Below are positions 12,996 through 22,481 of a stretch of DNA of 64,000 nt, piece by piece. A program made the translations under genes and the position numbers. The notes below the pieces were generated by a model, which saw nothing but the letters and a program-made list of their open reading frames with translations, searched no databases and was not told the origin of the DNA. Origin of the DNA: Mantamonas sphyraenae STR306 (taxonomy: Eukaryota; Protista; CRuMs); NCBI GenBank assembly GCA_026936335.1, contig JAPMXV010000035.1, forward strand, positions 310,001 through 374,000, given 5' to 3'. Each line of letters opens with the position of its first letter. The first letter of the stretch is position 1.

Positions 12996-15900
12996 CTACC
13001 TGCTCGCAATCTTGGGCAGCACCTTGCCTTTGCCCTTTCCGGCTGCGCTGCCGTCCGTGCGATCACTAAAGAGTTGGCCGTCGCTGAAGCGTTCACCTGC
13101 ATCTGAATACAGCCCATCCGAGTCGCCGTTGAATGGACCAAAGCCAGGGATGCCCAGGTCAGCGGCTCCAAGCGGCTCGTCCAGCTTGTTCCAGCCAATG
13201 GTGCGTGGCCCACTACTTGTTGGCCGCGACCCGCGTGAGAAAGGCCGGCCAAACAGCCAGTCATCATCCTCTCCCTGGGTGCCACTGGCATCTGTGGATG
13301 TGTCCAGGTCCAGGTCTGCACCCATCAGCATGGCGTTGGCCTCAAGCTCGCTGATGTGCGCCTCTAGTTCGCTGACTCGTTTCGAATGCTCCTTTGCATG
13401 CCGGATCAGCTGTGCCTCCAGTGTGCCCACGCGAGTCTCTGCACGTTGTGCACGCATTTCCAACGCCAGCTCCTGGCTCTTGCTCAGGCCACGGTGTTCT
13501 TCCGCACTGTTTTGCCGTGCTTTGCGTTCTTCCTCAAGGCTTGCTTGCAACTGACTCAGCTGCTCTCGCAATTCATCTCTCTGCTCCACAACCTTTTCGT
13601 ACGCCTCTTTGTGCTCCTCCAGCTGCCGCGCGCGATCCTCCTCCTCCTGCATCGAGGTGCCCTGATGGTCCTCCGCTTCCACCAACACACCGCCCAATCT
13701 GTTTTTGATAACCCCTTCCAGGCGTTCAATAATGGCCTGCTGCTGCTTGATCACTGCTTTCATCGTCTTGACGTCGTACTTGCGCATGCGCTCCTGCAGC
13801 TTGTGGATGTACGCCGCCTGTGATTGATGCGCAGCCTTCAGCTCCCGCAGCTGGATTTCCAGCTGTCCCTCCTGGCCACTTTCCAGCTTGTGCACCTTGA
13901 GCCGCAGAGCTTCGTTGATTTGCTTCTGTTGCGTGGCAGCCTGCACCAGCAGCGCGTACCGTTGCGGCAGCTCCTCCGGTGGCACTTTTTGCACGCCGCT
14001 CTGCACCAACAGCGCTTTGTCCGCCTTGGCACGCATCACTGCTGCACTTCGCAGTCGCTCGTGTTTCTCCTGTAGTGCACGCAGCTCGCGACGCTGCTCA
14101 ATAAAGTCGTCCCCAATCTGCCGGATTACCTGGTTGCGTTCGTACACCATCTGCTCCAGCTCTGCAATCTGCTCCGCGTTTGCACGCGTCACCTCCTCCA
14201 GCTTCAGCTGAAGTGCAGACGACAGTTTGTGCGTGTCCTCACGGCTCAGGCTCTGCACGCTGTACGCACGCGACGGGGATTCAGAGCCGCCCAAGGCCAT
14301 CGCGGACGATGCACCATGCTGAGCACGCAGCGATGCTCCACCGGAAGGCGTCAACACGTTTGTTTGATGCCGTTGTTGCTGTTGTTGCTGCTGGTGGTGG
14401 TTGTCGCCCGTGCGGCGCCCGGACGGCGGTGTGGGACTCTTCTTGGCTGTGCTGCGGCTGGCGTTGGTCTTGGGCCGCAGGAGCTTTGGTGCGGCCGGGA
14501 AGGGCGACGGGGCACTGGCTAGGTACTCAAGCATGGCAGATTGGGTGTACACACACACTTGGCATTGGCCAAACATAAGGGGGGAGATGTGGGCCAGGTC
14601 GGAGGCCAGATAGACCTCCACTGTGGGGAAGGCCACCTGATGACCTGGAGTGTCGCCCGACAGCGCCTGCGTTCCAGAAAACATCTCTACAAAGGTGATG
14701 TACGCCACAGCCAGCAGGGCGTCGTCCTTCTGTGTGTACATCTCGATCATCAGGCAGGCGGAAGGGGAATCGAGCATGGCCTCGGGCACGTGGAAGTGCA
14801 TGTGCTGTTGCCATCGCCATTGGAAGCCATCGTGGGAAGAGGTACAAGTGGTGGCCCAGGAGCGTTGGCGGCCGCTGTGGGCGCTGTCTTTGAGCTGAGC
14901 TTGCTTCAGCGTCTGCTCACGTGCAGCCGAGACAGCGGCCAAACGGCTGGGCAGCACGCGAGTGAAAGCAGTGGCGTGTGTGGACTCGGTGAGGTTGTGG
15001 TGCATGTGAAAGTCCGCATTGTCCACAGGGCTCACCACACAGAACATGCTGTCGGACACCAGATTGTCTTCAAAGACACTCACACAGTCCAAGGTCAGTT
15101 CCGCATACAACCACCCCGGTTGTGCATACACTTCCATGGTACGCGACAGGCCATTGTGCACCAGAATAGAAACGTACAGCAGAATGGTGTTTCCATCCTC
15201 GTCGTCGTCATCGCTGTTGTTGCCGTCGTTGCTGCTGCTGCTGGTGCTGCTGCTGCCCTTTCCTCCCCCCGCTGGTTGCAGTGGAAGACACACATTGAAC
15301 TGTTGCTCACGCACGAGCGTGGCCAATGGCAGGAGAGCCGATGTGAGAAGCGCCTTGTCGCGCTGGTTGACCACCGACAGGAGCAGACCTTGTTCAAACT
15401 CGTGCTCCAAAATGGGGAGGAACAACGTGTGATTCCACACGGGGTCACAGCTGCTCTTGATCTGTTTGGTGGACGCGCCCTTCTTGGGGGTGGCTGGGAG
15501 GGTGGCTGTGACGAATGCGTTGGGCTCCTGGTCATCTGCGTCGGTGGGCAGGCCCGTGGCGCGGTGGACAAGAAGGCTCACGTACCCGTCGCCGCCGTGG
15601 ACGGTAAACGGAGACAATTGAGCCTGGTCCAATGACGTAGATTGTTTGCCACGTGATGTGAGGGCGTCCTGGAGCACTTGGCTGGGCGAGGGCGATGCGT
15701 GACTGGCCTTGGCGACGGCAGGAAGGCTGATGTCGACGTCGAGACGAGCGACAACGGCCGTTTCTGCGCCGGGCGAGGTCAGTCGCTCCGAGTCGCTGCC
15801 AAGAACAATAAGCTTACAGGAGAGGTGGCCTGTGGTGAGAAGGCGCACAAAGGAGGATAGGTTGATGTCATAGTGGGCTGTGCCGACGCTGTGGGGCCGC

Positions 15901-16250
15901 TGGTCCTCGTCAAATCCGAGAAGTTCGATTTCCAGGCCCAGGATGAGCAGTTGGGCCTGCGAGGAGGCACTGCTGCGGCTGGACGTGCGACTTCCCGAGT
16001 CTCCGACGTTGGCTTTCTCCTTCTCGACCAGCTGTTCCAGGCTGGCGGGCAGGTTGAGCACAAAGTCAAACAGGTCAGAGTCAAACTGGGCGCGAGTCAC
16101 GTCGCTGACCACCGAAGTTCGCTGCTGGCCCTTGGGCTGTTCCACCATCGACCGCACCGAGTTGTCGAATAGGTTGAGCAGGGTGCCAGTCAAGAAGTAG
16201 CTGGACTTTGTCACAAAGTACGCCTGCGGGATGCGTACGACCAGATCCAT
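12996..16250 (-). CDS. C2-domain and coiled-coil protein, CCDC33-like
   Basis: C2 domain (LLVHRATGLP..PNAFV..SCDPVWNHTL) and long C-terminal coiled coil with AHQSQAAYIHKLQ..VIKQQQAIIERLE. Start taken at the first ATG (MDLVVRIP). Confidence 0.65.
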   Translation of the reverse strand: MDLVVRIPQAYFVTKSSYFLTGTLLNLFDNSVRSMVEQPKGQQRTSVVSDVTRAQFDSDLFDFVLNLPASLEQLVEKEKANVGDSGSRTSSRSSASSQAQLLILGLEIELLGFDEDQRPHSVGTAHYDINLSSFVRLLTTGHLSCKLIVLGSDSERLTSPGAETAVVARLDVDISLPAVAKASHASPSPSQVLQDALTSRGKQSTSLDQAQLSPFTVHGGDGYVSLLVHRATGLPTDADDQEPNAFVTATLPATPKKGASTKQIKSSCDPVWNHTLFLPILEHEFEQGLLLSVVNQRDKALLTSALLPLATLVREQQFNVCLPLQPAGGGKGSSSTSSSSNDGNNSDDDDEDGNTILLYVSILVHNGLSRTMEVYAQPGWLYAELTLDCVSVFEDNLVSDSMFCVVSPVDNADFHMHHNLTESTHATAFTRVLPSRLAAVSAAREQTLKQAQLKDSAHSGRQRSWATTCTSSHDGFQWRWQQHMHFHVPEAMLDSPSACLMIEMYTQKDDALLAVAYITFVEMFSGTQALSGDTPGHQVAFPTVEVYLASDLAHISPLMFGQCQVCVYTQSAMLEYLASAPSPFPAAPKLLRPKTNASRSTAKKSPTPPSGRRTGDNHHQQQQQQQRHQTNVLTPSGGASLRAQHGASSAMALGGSESPSRAYSVQSLSREDTHKLSSALQLKLEEVTRANAEQIAELEQMVYERNQVIRQIGDDFIEQRRELRALQEKHERLRSAAVMRAKADKALLVQSGVQKVPPEELPQRYALLVQAATQQKQINEALRLKVHKLESGQEGQLEIQLRELKAAHQSQAAYIHKLQERMRKYDVKTMKAVIKQQQAIIERLEGVIKNRLGGVLVEAEDHQGTSMQEEEDRARQLEEHKEAYEKVVEQRDELREQLSQLQASLEEERKARQNSAEEHRGLSKSQELALEMRAQRAETRVGTLEAQLIRHAKEHSKRVSELEAHISELEANAMLMGADLDLDTSTDASGTQGEDDDWLFGRPFSRGSRPTSSGPRTIGWNKLDEPLGAADLGIPGFGPFNGDSDGLYSDAGERFSDGQLFSDRTDGSAAGKGKGKVLPKIASR

Positions 16251-16330
16251 CTTTGCACGGGTGGGGGTGATGGACGATGGGGTGACTGAGAGATGGAGAT
16301 GCGGGAGTGTTGGGCTTGTTGGATGGGGTA

Positions 16331-16956
16331 GGGTTGGTGGCGATGGCGACGTGGTGGAAGCGACCGGTTTCTTTGTTGTTTGCTTGTGGGTGGCTTCCCA
16401 CTTCCCACTTCCCACTTCCATCGCCTTTCTCGTTTACACACGCGTCCATTCCCTCTCCGACCACCCTGTCCACCTGTATCCTCTCCCACGCTTCTGCTTC
16501 TGCTCAGCGCTTCAGCGACGACCGCCTGCCCTCGCCCTTCTTTGGCGGTCCCTTGCCTCGTCGTCGCATCCTCACTGCCTTCTTGTTCTGTCGCACCATC
16601 CCTGCGTCCACATACATCGAGTCTCGGAACGTGTGCAACGCCGGCGGATAGTACGCCGCCACTTCCGCTCCAACCAGCTTCTTGCGCAGCACCTTGTTGC
16701 CGCTGCGCACACCTGTGCCAGAAGGCAGATTGCCAAAGATGGCATCACTGCGTGACCTCCATGCAGCCACCTCCTCCTGGTTCAGCGAGCTCACTCGCAC
16801 ACTGTGGCGCTTGGCGCGGCTCGACACGCCGCGCATGCCGCCTTCCAAGCCAGCCACACATGCCAGACCGGTGCCACGTGTCGTGCCTACTGACAGAACG
16901 GAGTGTGTGACCCCCGATGACACACCTACGACGCCACAACGACGAACAAACATGGG
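16331..16956. repeat. Left arm of inverted duplication (partner 21855-22453)
   Basis: Reverse complement of 21855-22453. I spotted two substitutions in the ORF and small indels downstream of the stop. Confidence 0.95.
16504..16953 (-). CDS. Mitochondrial small-subunit ribosomal protein mS33 (Rsm27), copy 1
   Basis: IFG....RSGNKVLRKKL.G..VAAYYP and RRRGKGPPKKGEGRRS signature. Alternative start at 16836. Confidence 0.85.
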   Translation of the reverse strand: MFVRRCGVVGVSSGVTHSVLSVGTTRGTGLACVAGLEGGMRGVSSRAKRHSVRVSSLNQEEVAAWRSRSDAIFGNLPSGTGVRSGNKVLRKKLVGAEVAAYYPPALHTFRDSMYVDAGMVRQNKKAVRMRRRGKGPPKKGEGRRSSLKR

Positions 16957-17020
16957 ATGTGTCGCTCTGAGCGGCGTTTCTTTTCTTTTGGTTCGCAGGT
17001 GCATCCAGTCGTGCAGGCAC

Positions 17021-17734
17021 TCAGGCACTGCGCGTCACCTCATCCAACATAGCACGGATCCCAGCTGCATCAGCACCCTCGATCTTGTACAAGGGCTTGC
17101 CGCCCGAGAAAAGGACAAACGTTGGCACGGCACGAACTTCAGCGGGAGGGTGACCTCACGCATGTCCTCGTTGTCCACATCGATCTTGACAAACAGCACC
17201 GACTTGTCTTCAAACTCCTTGGCCATCTCGTCGAGCACAGGGGCAATCTGCTTGCACGGACCGCACCATTCGGCGGAGAAATCCACCAGCACCGTCCTGT
17301 CCTCGTCCTGCACGAGATCCACAAACTCCTCCACCTCTTCAATCTCTGTCACTTTGCCCAACGGAGCCACGGGCTCGGCCTCGACAGCTTCCATGACGCG
17401 TGCTGTATGAAGAGCTGGGGCGCGGGCGCGAAAGCTGTGTCAGGTCGCAACCTCGCGTCACACTGCTGTGCATTTACCTACCTGAACGCTGGACGATGCC
17501 ACTGCTTGTTGAGTGTGCATCCATGCCCAAAACAATGCTGCTGGTGCTGCTGGTGCTGCCGCTGAGCAGGCTGCAGGCAACCGTGCGCTCGGCGCCGATT
17601 CCGGCTGTTCGGAGCGGAGCCGAGGACGTCTTGGTGCTCAGGGCACGCACAGACGACACGGTGCTCATGGAACGCTTGGAATTGGCCCGCAAGCCACGCG
17701 TGCAAGTGTTTGCAAGTGTACGTCGGACAAACAT
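17021..17734 (-). CDS. Thioredoxin with mitochondrial-type presequence, one frameshift
   Basis: VLVDFSAEWCGPCK active site. An R/S/T-rich exon 17734-17482 is joined through intron 17481-17415. The C-terminal VRAVPTFVLF..GK..KIEGAD needs +1 nt at ~17145. Confidence 0.85.
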
Positions 17735-17748
17735 TGGGTGGATCAGGA

Positions 17749-20125
17749 TCACTCTGTTTGTTTGCCATCGCCTGCGCTGCTGCTCTTGCCCCGCAACGCC
17801 TCGAGCCACTTTTCACCCTCTACCGGCGATTCAGCGTACCAGTACCACACACGGTCACCCACGGCCGTTTTCACCTGGAACAGGAACAGGCTGGCGTGCT
17901 TCTTTTTCAGTTCGGGGAACTTGGCGTCGCGCTGGTCTCGGATGTCACTTGCTTCGTTGCCCTTGATGTCCACAATACCCTTGGGCTTTCCGCCGCGCAG
18001 AAATGTCTTTTCGTCCTGATAATAGGCCATGGTATTGTTCTCCAGCACCACATACCGGCGCTTCCAGCCTTTGAAAACCGCCCCCTTCTTGTACAGCCAG
18101 CCCCGTCGGACGCCGACCTCCATCTGTTCCTGCTCGTCGTCCTCGTCGTCTGTGCTCTTGGAACCCAGGGGCACGAGACCAAACAGAGATTTGCGCTTAG
18201 AGGCGTTGGAGCCTGACGAGCTGCTCATCTGCGCCTCAAGCTCGGCCAAACGCTTCTGCAGCTCAGCCTCTTCGGCCTCTCGCACTTTCTCCTCCTCCTC
18301 CTTCTGCTTTTTCTGCTCCACGTCTGCTTTGATGCGCTCCAGTGCGGCCGTGCTGTCCAGAAGTTCGCGTTCCATGCTGCGGGAGTGGCGAAGCGAGGCA
18401 TTCTGTTTGCGTTCGCTGCGACTTAGGGTGCCCATCATGGACAAAGACTTTTGGCTCGCTTGACGAATGAGCAATTGCGACGCACTTCCACTGCGGCGAT
18501 AATCACGCACAGTGAGCTCTTCCCCAGCGTTGCTGCTGCTGCTGCTGCTGCTGTCCTCTTCCGGCAGCTCGTTGGCTGAATCCACTCCCATTTCGCCACC
18601 TGCATCTAGATACAAAAGGTATAGGATGGCAAAGAATCCACGGAAGGTGACCTGGATGGAAAAGGTGTTGATGGGGCCGCTGCTCTCGTCATGCGGCTCG
18701 ACGCTGGACACAAAGTCGGCCACGGCCTCAAAATCGAGGTCGGCCTCCTCGCCAATGAGGCGTGTGAGGGCGCTGTGGAAGTTCAGGACGTCAAGAGAGG
18801 TGGCGTCCCCGGCAAAGAACGCAAAGACCTTTTTCAGCGAGCGGAAGCGGTCGTCGAGCACAATGGCTTGCACGTGGACCTTGACGTCGCCAGACTCGGC
18901 CACAACGTCGTTGGAAACCAGGCCCATGTTCCAGAACGAGTACAGCATGTGAAGAAACATCCAAAAGGTCACCTTCTGGTCGTCGAGATCGATGGAGTCG
19001 TCGTAAAGGTGAATGGCCTTGAGTTCGACCTTGAGGGCGGTGTGGAAGCGTTTTTGGGTCATGTCGTCGGAGCAGATGTCCTGCATCATGCTCATACAAC
19101 GCTGGGATGTGACCCAGGATTGGTTCTGTGCACTGTAGAGAGGCTGGGCGTGCGTGTCGCCTGGTTTGTCGCTGGACGGTAGGAAGCCCGCAAGTTTGTC
19201 GCCTGTGACGGCGTTGCCATCGGCTTCGGCAAACACGTCGAAATATAGCTCCAGGTCACGAAAGAGGGCAGCAACGCTGGCCATGCTGACCTTGATTTCA
19301 GTGGTGGAGGTTGATTCCCGGATTTGGCGCACAAGCTGATGGAGGACCGTGTGGATTTCGTCGTCCGATGCGACGTCCACATGCTTTGCGGGCACATTGT
19401 AGTCTTGGTTGAAAGCAAGCACGTCGGTCATGGTCACTGGTAAGGAGGGGGAGGGGGAGAAAGTGAGCCGACTCGTTTTTTTGGCAAATTGGGACACGCA
19501 TCTCTTGCGGGCCGCCGCAAGAGGCATGTGGACGGGATGAGGGCTGGGCAAAATCTACCTCGAGTCTCTTCGACATGATTGAGGCAGCCAACAAGGTAAA
19601 CGGCTGCACGAGAGCCCTGAACGAGCATGATGCGCTCAATATAGCTGGCAGCAACATCGAAGGAGTTGCGATCGGCCACATCGTAGAGGACAACAAAGGC
19701 AACGGCGTGGTTGAGAAGCTCTTCAAAAACATGTTCGGACTCGGCCGCCATAAAGGCGAGATCAATATTCTCTTCGTCGACCTTGAGTGTGGCCAGAGTC
19801 GTTGACTCGTCCAAAGCAGCCACTACAGACGGCACCGCGAAGGAGAAGGGATTGAGGGGGAGGGGGGGTTGGGGGAAGGGAAGGGGCAAAGGGGGTAGAA
19901 GAGTGAGTGTTGGCCCAGGGGAGGTGTGAAACGTGTGCATCGGACGCGAGGGGAGCAGCCGAGACACGGCAATCTTCGACGAGGCAAGAGGGGAGAAAGT
20001 TGGCACTCACCGTCGTCGTCGTCGGTGGCCTGGTGGGCCTCGGTGACGCTTTCGACTCTGCGGCAAAAGTTCCGATTGAGCAGTTGGTCTCTGCCACACA
20101 TGGTGACCAAGCGGGAGGTGGGCAT
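17749..20125 (-). CDS. Degenerate Ras-like domain + EF-hand-like region + coiled coil + C-terminal PH domain protein
   Basis: Exons 20125-20011, 19822-19559 and 19436-17749 all join in phase 1. Ras-like AFVVLYDVADRNSFD..VYLVG..LVRQIR. PH: RGWLYKKGAVFKGWKRRYVVL...WLEAL. Confidence 0.72.
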
Positions 20126-20217
20126 GGGTGGGACTTTGCGGCGGTTTGGGCGGGGACGCGCGACCGCACACACATCACCCCCGAAAACCACAACCCCAAC
20201 AAGTCGTTCTTTCTGCT

Positions 20218-21785
20218 ATGACGAGATCGGCAACAACATTCCTGATGGCTCTGCTGCTGTTGGCAGCCTGTGTTGTCGCGAGCCCTGGCGGCGAGTTCAG
20301 GTGAGTTTCCTCCAAGCAGTGGAGACTGTGACGCTGAGGGATGGGTGAGCATGCTGGGGTTGTCCACACGTCCTTGCGTACACATGGGGACACCATGGGA
20401 TGGCTCAGTGGAAGCAGCGACGCATGGGAAGGGGTGGGGGGGGACCTTGGGGAAGGAGGGAGGGAAGGCGCGGCGTGTTGTTTTGAGAAAAAGGAAACGA
20501 CGCCTAGTGCAAGCCGCTGACACGACGTGTGGGTCTGTTCACGCATTTGCGACCATAGCATGAGCTCGAGCGCAAGCGAAGGCGAGGCAGTGGCAGGTAA
20601 GTGGTGCGAGTAGGGCAGAGGTGGTTGGAGAGGGACTGACAAAACGCAAACGGCCTTTTTCGGATGGTGGAAAAAAACCAACTCGCAGAGGCCAACTTCT
20701 CCGAGTCGGAAGCGAGCGCTGAGGCTCAGTCTGGCTCTAGCGAGTCGGATTCTGATGTGGAAGACTACGACGAGACGCGTGATGCGTTCTGGTTCCGCAA
20801 GGCTACGCCGACGCCTGTGGCACGCCGCGCCGCACCTTCGTACAGCCGCCGCAGCAGCAGCTACAGCAGCAGCCGACGCAGCAGCAGCTACAGCAGCAGC
20901 CGCCGCAGCAGCTCTTCATCGCGAGGTGGATTCTGGAGCACGCGTCGCACAGCTACGCCTACGCCTACGCCTGCGACCCGTCGCACTACCACGACTCGCA
21001 CGTCGCGAGGTGGCTTCTGGAGCACGCGTCGCACAGCTACGCCTACGCCTACGCCTGCAACCCGTCGCACCACGACGACGCGCACCTCGCGTGGCGGATC
21101 CTTCTGGAGCCGCTTGGGCAGCAGGACCACTCCGACGCCCACGAACCCGCCTGTGCGCACTCCTGTTCGCACACCTGTTCGCACGCCTGTTCGCACGCCT
21201 GTTCGCACGCCGGTGCGCACGCCTGTTCGCCAGACCCCTGCTCCGGCCAACGTGGACTGGACGCGTGAGGAAGCCATCATCCCGAACACGTTTGGCCTGT
21301 CCTACCTGTCCCAGGCCCGTCTGCGCCGCACTGTGGGCGACCCTGGACCTTTGACCTCCGAGTGCTCCAACAGCCGTATCACCAACCCCAAGGTGCTGAA
21401 CAACCTGCAGACGCGCCAAATCGGCCACATGTCCTTCCGTGGAAACCGCTATGTGCTGGACCGCCTTGAGCGTTCGCTGAACGAGGTTCGCCGCCAGTAC
21501 CCGGATCTGTTCCGCCGCCTGAGCTCGGCTGGCATGCTCTGCATGCGCGCTGTGCGTGGCTCTTCGACCTCGTTCTCTTCGCACGCGTGGGGAGCGGCTG
21601 TGGACCTCAAGATTGACGGCCGCCTGGACCCGCGCTTCAACGGCAAGGCCTTCCACGGTCTCAACGTCATGGCCCCGATCTTTGCCCGCAACGGTCTCTT
21701 CTGGGGCGGCTGGTACTCTCCGCAGTACGAAGACGCCATGCACTGGGAACTCTCTGGCACTCTGTCGTCCGAGCTCAACCGCTAA
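20218..21785 (+). CDS. Secreted M15-family Zn peptidase (D-Ala-D-Ala carboxypeptidase / L,D-endopeptidase-like)
   Basis: Signal peptide MTRSATTFLMALLLLAACVVA. Exons 20218-20300, 20559-20596 and 20689-21785. Catalytic motifs SSHAWGAAVD and WGG....DAMHWE. R/T/P-rich repeats precede the catalytic domain. Confidence 0.85.
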
Positions 21786-21854
21786 GTGCGTCCTTTTGCT
21801 TGCAGGCGCGTCGGCGCTGGTCCAAACAAACCTTTGCGCCGTTGTTTGTCTCCA

Positions 21855-22453
21855 CCCATGTTTGTTCGTCGTTGTGGCGTCGTAGGTGTGTCATCGGGGG
21901 TCACACACTCCGTTCTGTCAGTAGGCACGACACGTGGCACCGGTCTGGCGTGTGTGGCTGGCTTGGAAGGCGGCATGCGCGGCGTGTCGAGCCGCGCCAA
22001 GCGCCACAGTGTGCGGGTGAGCTCGCTGAACCAGGAGGAGGTGGCTGCATGGAGGTCACGCAGTGATGCCATCTTTGGCAATCTGCCTTCTGGCACAGGT
22101 GTGCGCAGCGGCAACAAGGTGCTGCGCAAGAAGCTGGTTGGAGCGGAAGTGGCGGCGTACTATCCGCCGGCGTTGCACACGTTCCGAGACTCGATGTATG
22201 TGGACGCAGGGATGGTGCGACAGAACAAGAAGGCAGTGAGGATGCGACGACGAGGCAAGGGACCGCCAAAGAAGGGCGAGGGCAGGCGGTCGTCGCTGAA
22301 GCGCTGAGCAGAAGCGTGGGAGAGGATACAGGTGGACAGGGTGGTCGGAGAGGGAATGGACGCGTGTGTAAACGAGAAAGGCGATGGAAGTGGGAAGAAG
22401 TGGGAAGTGGGAAGCCACCCACAAGCAAACAAAGTCGCCATCGCCACCAACCC
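21855..22453. repeat. Right arm of inverted duplication (partner 16331-16956)
   Basis: Direct sequence comparison. Homology ends in GTCGCCATCGCCACCAACCC, 28 bp before the Kelch ATG. Confidence 0.95.
21858..22307 (+). CDS. Mitochondrial ribosomal protein mS33, copy 2
   Basis: Same protein sequence as 16504-16953 from MFVRR onward. Confidence 0.85.
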   Translation: MFVRRCGVVGVSSGVTHSVLSVGTTRGTGLACVAGLEGGMRGVSSRAKRHSVRVSSLNQEEVAAWRSRSDAIFGNLPSGTGVRSGNKVLRKKLVGAEVAAYYPPALHTFRDSMYVDAGMVRQNKKAVRMRRRGKGPPKKGEGRRSSLKR

Positions 22454-22481
22454 GATTTCCGAATAGCTCGGCGCATTCAAC

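Noticed and set aside
16331-22453. Transposon with terminal inverted repeats
   Set aside because: The arms are a ribosomal protein gene, there is no transposase inside, and I saw no target-site duplication.
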